A stretch of 39,343 nt of DNA from an uncultured Eubacterium sp. (GTDB lineage: Bacteria > Bacillota > Clostridia > Lachnospirales > Lachnospiraceae), in assembly GCA_900321215.1 (NCBI GenBank), contig ONVE01000066.1, positions 1 through 39,343 of the forward strand, written 5' to 3'. The position numbers were made by a program, and so were the translations under genes. The notes under the pieces are model-generated. The model was not told the DNA's origin. It searched no databases and was given only the letters and a program-made list of their open reading frames with translations. Position 1 is the first letter of the stretch. Every line of letters starts with the position of its first letter. This document shows, piece by piece, positions 38,333 through 39,343 of this stretch.

Positions 38333-39187
38333 CTTATATTTCTCAGGAAATTCATTCAGGTATTCAAAACATTCGTCCGCTTTATACATTATACCATGTC
38401 TGCGGCATATTTCCTCAAAGATTTTCCATAGTTTTTCACTGTTCTGACTTGGCAGCTCGTAACTGTTGCCGTATTTTTCAATATATTTCTTTTTTAATCC
38501 CGGAAAATGCCTGTCCAGAGCCGCATAATAGTATTCTCTGTCACCCTCGCGAAGAGTAAGTCCCATGCCGAAGCAGACGATTCCCTTCACGCCTACTCTA
38601 ACGCATTCATCAAGTATGCTCCGGACATTTTCTTCGGTATCATTTATAAACGGCAGTATCGGAGTCATCCATACCATAGTCGGTATGCCTCTTTCCTGCA
38701 TTCTCTCAAGAACCTCTATACGTCTCTTTGTATTGCAGACATTCGGTTCCACGATGCTGCAAAGCCTATCATCAAATGTAGTCAGCGTCATCTGAACCAC
38801 AGCTTTTGCCTCTTTATTGATGTCATCCAGAAGGTCTATATCCTGCAGTATGCGGTCGGACTTTGTGATTATCGTCACTCCGAAGCCATACTTCCGGATA
38901 ACCTCCAGACATTTTCTTGTAAGACGCAGGCTTTCCTCGCAGTGCATATATGGATCCGACATCGAGCCTGTTCCTATCATGCATTTCTTTCGCTTTTTGC
39001 GAAGTGCCGCATCAAGAAGCTCAGGTGCATTCTGCTTCACCTCAATATCTTCAAACGGATGCGTGAACTGATAGCATTTACTTCTGCTGTCGCAGTAAAT
39101 GCATCCATGCGAACATCCGCGGTATATGTTCATACCCTTGTAGCCGCCGCTATTTATCAGTATTCCTTTTGCATCCACAAAATGCAT
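38309..39187 (-). CDS. Radical SAM protein, SPL/Rv2578c-like family
   Basis: NIYRGCSHGCIYCD (CxxxCxxC), GSMSDPY, ITKS and PILPFIND motifs; C-terminal QMSIF. Confidence 0.9.
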   Translation of the reverse strand: MHFVDAKGILINSGGYKGMNIYRGCSHGCIYCDSRSKCYQFTHPFEDIEVKQNAPELLDAALRKKRKKCMIGTGSMSDPYMHCEESLRLTRKCLEVIRKYGFGVTIITKSDRILQDIDLLDDINKEAKAVVQMTLTTFDDRLCSIVEPNVCNTKRRIEVLERMQERGIPTMVWMTPILPFINDTEENVRSILDECVRVGVKGIVCFGMGLTLREGDREYYYAALDRHFPGLKKKYIEKYGNSYELPSQNSEKLWKIFEEICRRHGIMYKADECFEYLNEFPEKYKQMSIFDI

Positions 39188-39287
39188 AGAGTATCTCCTA
39201 TAAATTCATTAATAATATAACCACTCTTAATATTATGATTCTAGCATATATCAGAGAAATCGGGTAGGAGGTAGATAATTAATTTAC

Positions 39288-39343
39288 TCGCGGTGCCCAT
39301 TCGCACTCCGCTTCGCTCCGTGCTCATGTCGCGCTGTCGCGCT
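39288..39343. repeat. GC-rich REP-like palindromic element (truncated by window edge)
   Basis: Abrupt GC-rich tract with mini-hairpins GCAC...GCTTCGC...GTGC and GCGC-TGTC-GCGC; only one copy is visible. Confidence 0.45.

Noticed and set aside
38507-39220. 237-aa plus-strand ORF
   Set aside because: Antisense to the well-supported radical SAM gene; no motifs.
39265-39272. Strong SD-like AGGAGGT on the plus strand
   Set aside because: No canonical start codon at a suitable distance downstream.

Overview
Chromosomal window from a low-GC Firmicute. Gene content and style suggest Lachnospiraceae/Clostridia (inference). Nearly all genes are on the minus strand. From left to right: (1) a >1228-aa J-domain/TPR protein that runs off the left edge and is missing from the ORF track, preceded by a DEDDh exonuclease; (2) a tightly coupled 7-gene glycan operon (LicC-like nucleotidyltransferase, class V PLP enzyme, GT2, LicD, GT2, a 914-aa O-antigen ligase/polymerase-flippase fusion, MATE); (3) argG; (4) an SH3/SleB-type wall hydrolase, DegV, an amidase-like lipoprotein lacking most catalytic residues, and a membrane GDPD; (5) T-box-controlled pheS-pheT followed by queA; (6) an acidic membrane-anchored hypothetical protein and iorAB; (7) a degenerate esterase-methyltransferase fusion; (8) comEA and a WalR-like regulator with no adjacent kinase; (9) argJ-argB and argC; (10) a GGDEF protein and a radical SAM protein. 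No CRISPR array, rRNA, tRNA or transposase is visible. The best candidate for an undescribed system is the lic-like glycan operon, which has the ligase/polymerase-flippase fusion and a PLP enzyme where choline uptake/kinase genes would be expected. Next are the two pseudo-enzymes and a possible WalR-like mini-regulon. All family calls come from motif recognition by eye; no searches were run.
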